DNA from: Chiloscyllium plagiosum
Taxonomy: Eukaryota
Direction of reading: 5' to 3'
DNA length: 47,811 nucleotides
Assembly: GCF_004010195.1 (NCBI RefSeq)
Contig: NC_057750.1
Location: forward strand, 19,260,229 to 19,308,039
Shown one piece after another: positions 46,421 to 47,811 of this stretch (positions are counted from its first letter, which is position 1; every line of letters starts with the position of its first letter). A program made the translations under genes and the position numbers. The notes beneath the pieces were generated by a model, which ran no database searches, was not told the DNA's origin, and saw nothing but the letters and a program-made list of their open reading frames with translations.

Positions 46421-46684
46421 TTAACTGAAGTGAAGAGGCGAGAAGCTGATGGGTGATATTGAACCAAGAGAGCCAGGCTAATGTTTTGGGCAAGGCCGGA
46501 AAGGCCATCACAGCAGGTGATGCATCTTAAAATGTAATTAATAATGTGGAGTTCGGGGGGCTCTTGTGGTGTCCCTCCCTCTGAACCAGGACTCCTGGGT
46601 TCAAGTCCCACTGGTTCCAGAGGTGTGTAACAACATCTCTGAACTGCTCGCTTAAAAATACCTGTTGTGGAATACTTTTACTTC

Positions 46685-47020
46685 TCTTTATTCATTCACA
46701 GGATGAGGGCATCGCTGTCCATCCCTAATTGCCCAGAAGACAGGTACGAGTTAATCACGTTGCTGTGGATCTGGAGTCACATGTAGGCCAGACCAGGTAA
46801 GGATGGCAGTTTCCTTCCTTAAGTGAATCCCATCAATACAAAACTGACAATGATTGATGTAAAAAACTCCCTCTGCTTCACTTTCAGGAGGGAACCCGGC
46901 TGATCATACCCCCAGCCTTGCCCCCCAACAACATGGCTGCCCCTTGAAATGGCCACTCCGATGTAGGATGGGCAAGGAATACTGACCTTGTCAGTGATGT
47001 CCACATCCCCTGAAAGACGC
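46685..47020 (-). mobile_element. Deu-domain/SacSINE1-like SINE fragments; a further LINE 3' fragment follows at 47150-47440
   Basis: TTATTCATTCACAGGATGAGGGCATCGCTG...CCATCCCTAATTGCCC tail shared with the LINE end at 7460-7530, plus TCTGGAGTCACATGTAGGCCAGACCAGGTAAGGATGGCAG body. Confidence 0.6.
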
Positions 47021-47578
47021 TGTTCCTTGACCTGATTGTGGAACGAGTTCTCCTAACGCTGGCAGAAGTCACCAGCTGTTATACAGAGTGCTTCAGTCGG
47101 AGTATTTAGTACGTCAGAGTTTATACATTTTATCAATTGGTTTATGGAAGGAGACTTTGACCCAGTGACCACTGAGGAACTCAGGATGGTGGGTGGCTTG
47201 GAGGGGAACCTACAGGGGATGGTGTTCCCATCGATCTACTGCCCTAATCCTTCCAGGTGGATGTGGTTGTGTGTTTGGAAGGTGCTGTCTGAGGAGTCTT
47301 GGTGAATGTCTGCGGTGCATCTTGGAGAGAGAACACCCACAGCTGCCACTGAACATTGGTGTGTACAGGGAGTGGATGCTTGTGGTATTGAACAAGCAGA
47401 CTGCTTTGTCCTGGGTGATGTTGAGGTTTGCTGTAGAACAGTAATGACTGTACTTTGAAAACTAATCCTCACTCCTTTGTGAGGTACTTTGGGACACACT
47501 GAAATGATGAATGACGACATAAACATCCAAGTTCTGGAAGGAGAGTCTGCCATTCCAAACCTGTTAATTAAATATGGA

Positions 47579-47764
47579 AAGCATCAAAGCCAAACCTGCC
47601 CCTCACTTCAATGCAAACAGCATCTCAGGACCTTGGCTGATTCCCCCACTCCCAGTACAACGGGGAACTCTAAGCATCAAAGCCAAACCTGCCCCTCACT
47701 TCAATGCAAACAGCATCTCAGGACCTTGGCTGATTCCCCCACTCCCAGTACAACGGGGAACTCT
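47579..47764. repeat. Perfect 93-bp tandem duplication
   Basis: 47579-47671 is identical to 47672-47764 (AAGCATCAAAGCC...GGGGAACTCT). Confidence 0.97.
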
Positions 47765-47811
47765 CAGGCCCAATTGCTGCTCTTCTATGGAATTAACTCG
47801 CTTCGTTCATT

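Noticed and set aside
46129..46611. 160-aa ORF
   Set aside because: Chimeric read-through of a SINE-like head and a decayed LINE endonuclease fragment.

Overview
Repeat-dense eukaryotic DNA from a cartilaginous fish. HE1/V-SINEs and HER1-like CR1 LINEs point to a shark, probably an orectolobiform; the species cannot be determined from the sequence. The window has three assembly gaps (699-1198, 35458-35957, 40966-41447). Most of it is nested, decayed retroelements: many CR1-group LINE fragments, about nine HE1 SINE copies or fragments, a Rex1/Babar-type LINE, a Gmr1-type Ty3/Gypsy relic with the unusual PR-IN-RT-RH domain order, a second degraded Gypsy relic, several LTR-like segments, and at least ten Penelope-like element (PLE) insertions. 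Several PLE insertions share one architecture: an inverted fold-back copy, a target-site duplication (TSD; mostly 12-16 bp, one 5 bp) often overlapping the element end, and a minimal hammerhead ribozyme motif (one fully intact at 25250-25285, minus strand). The only credible host coding sequence is a candidate terminal exon on the minus strand (142-308) of an unidentified, probably extracellular protein. A 21-bp minisatellite (34 units) and a perfect 93-bp tandem duplication are also present. I see no evidence of a wholly new biological system; the best leads are the ribozyme-bearing fold-back PLE insertions, the Gmr1 element and the orphan exon. Family names come from motif recognition, not database searches.
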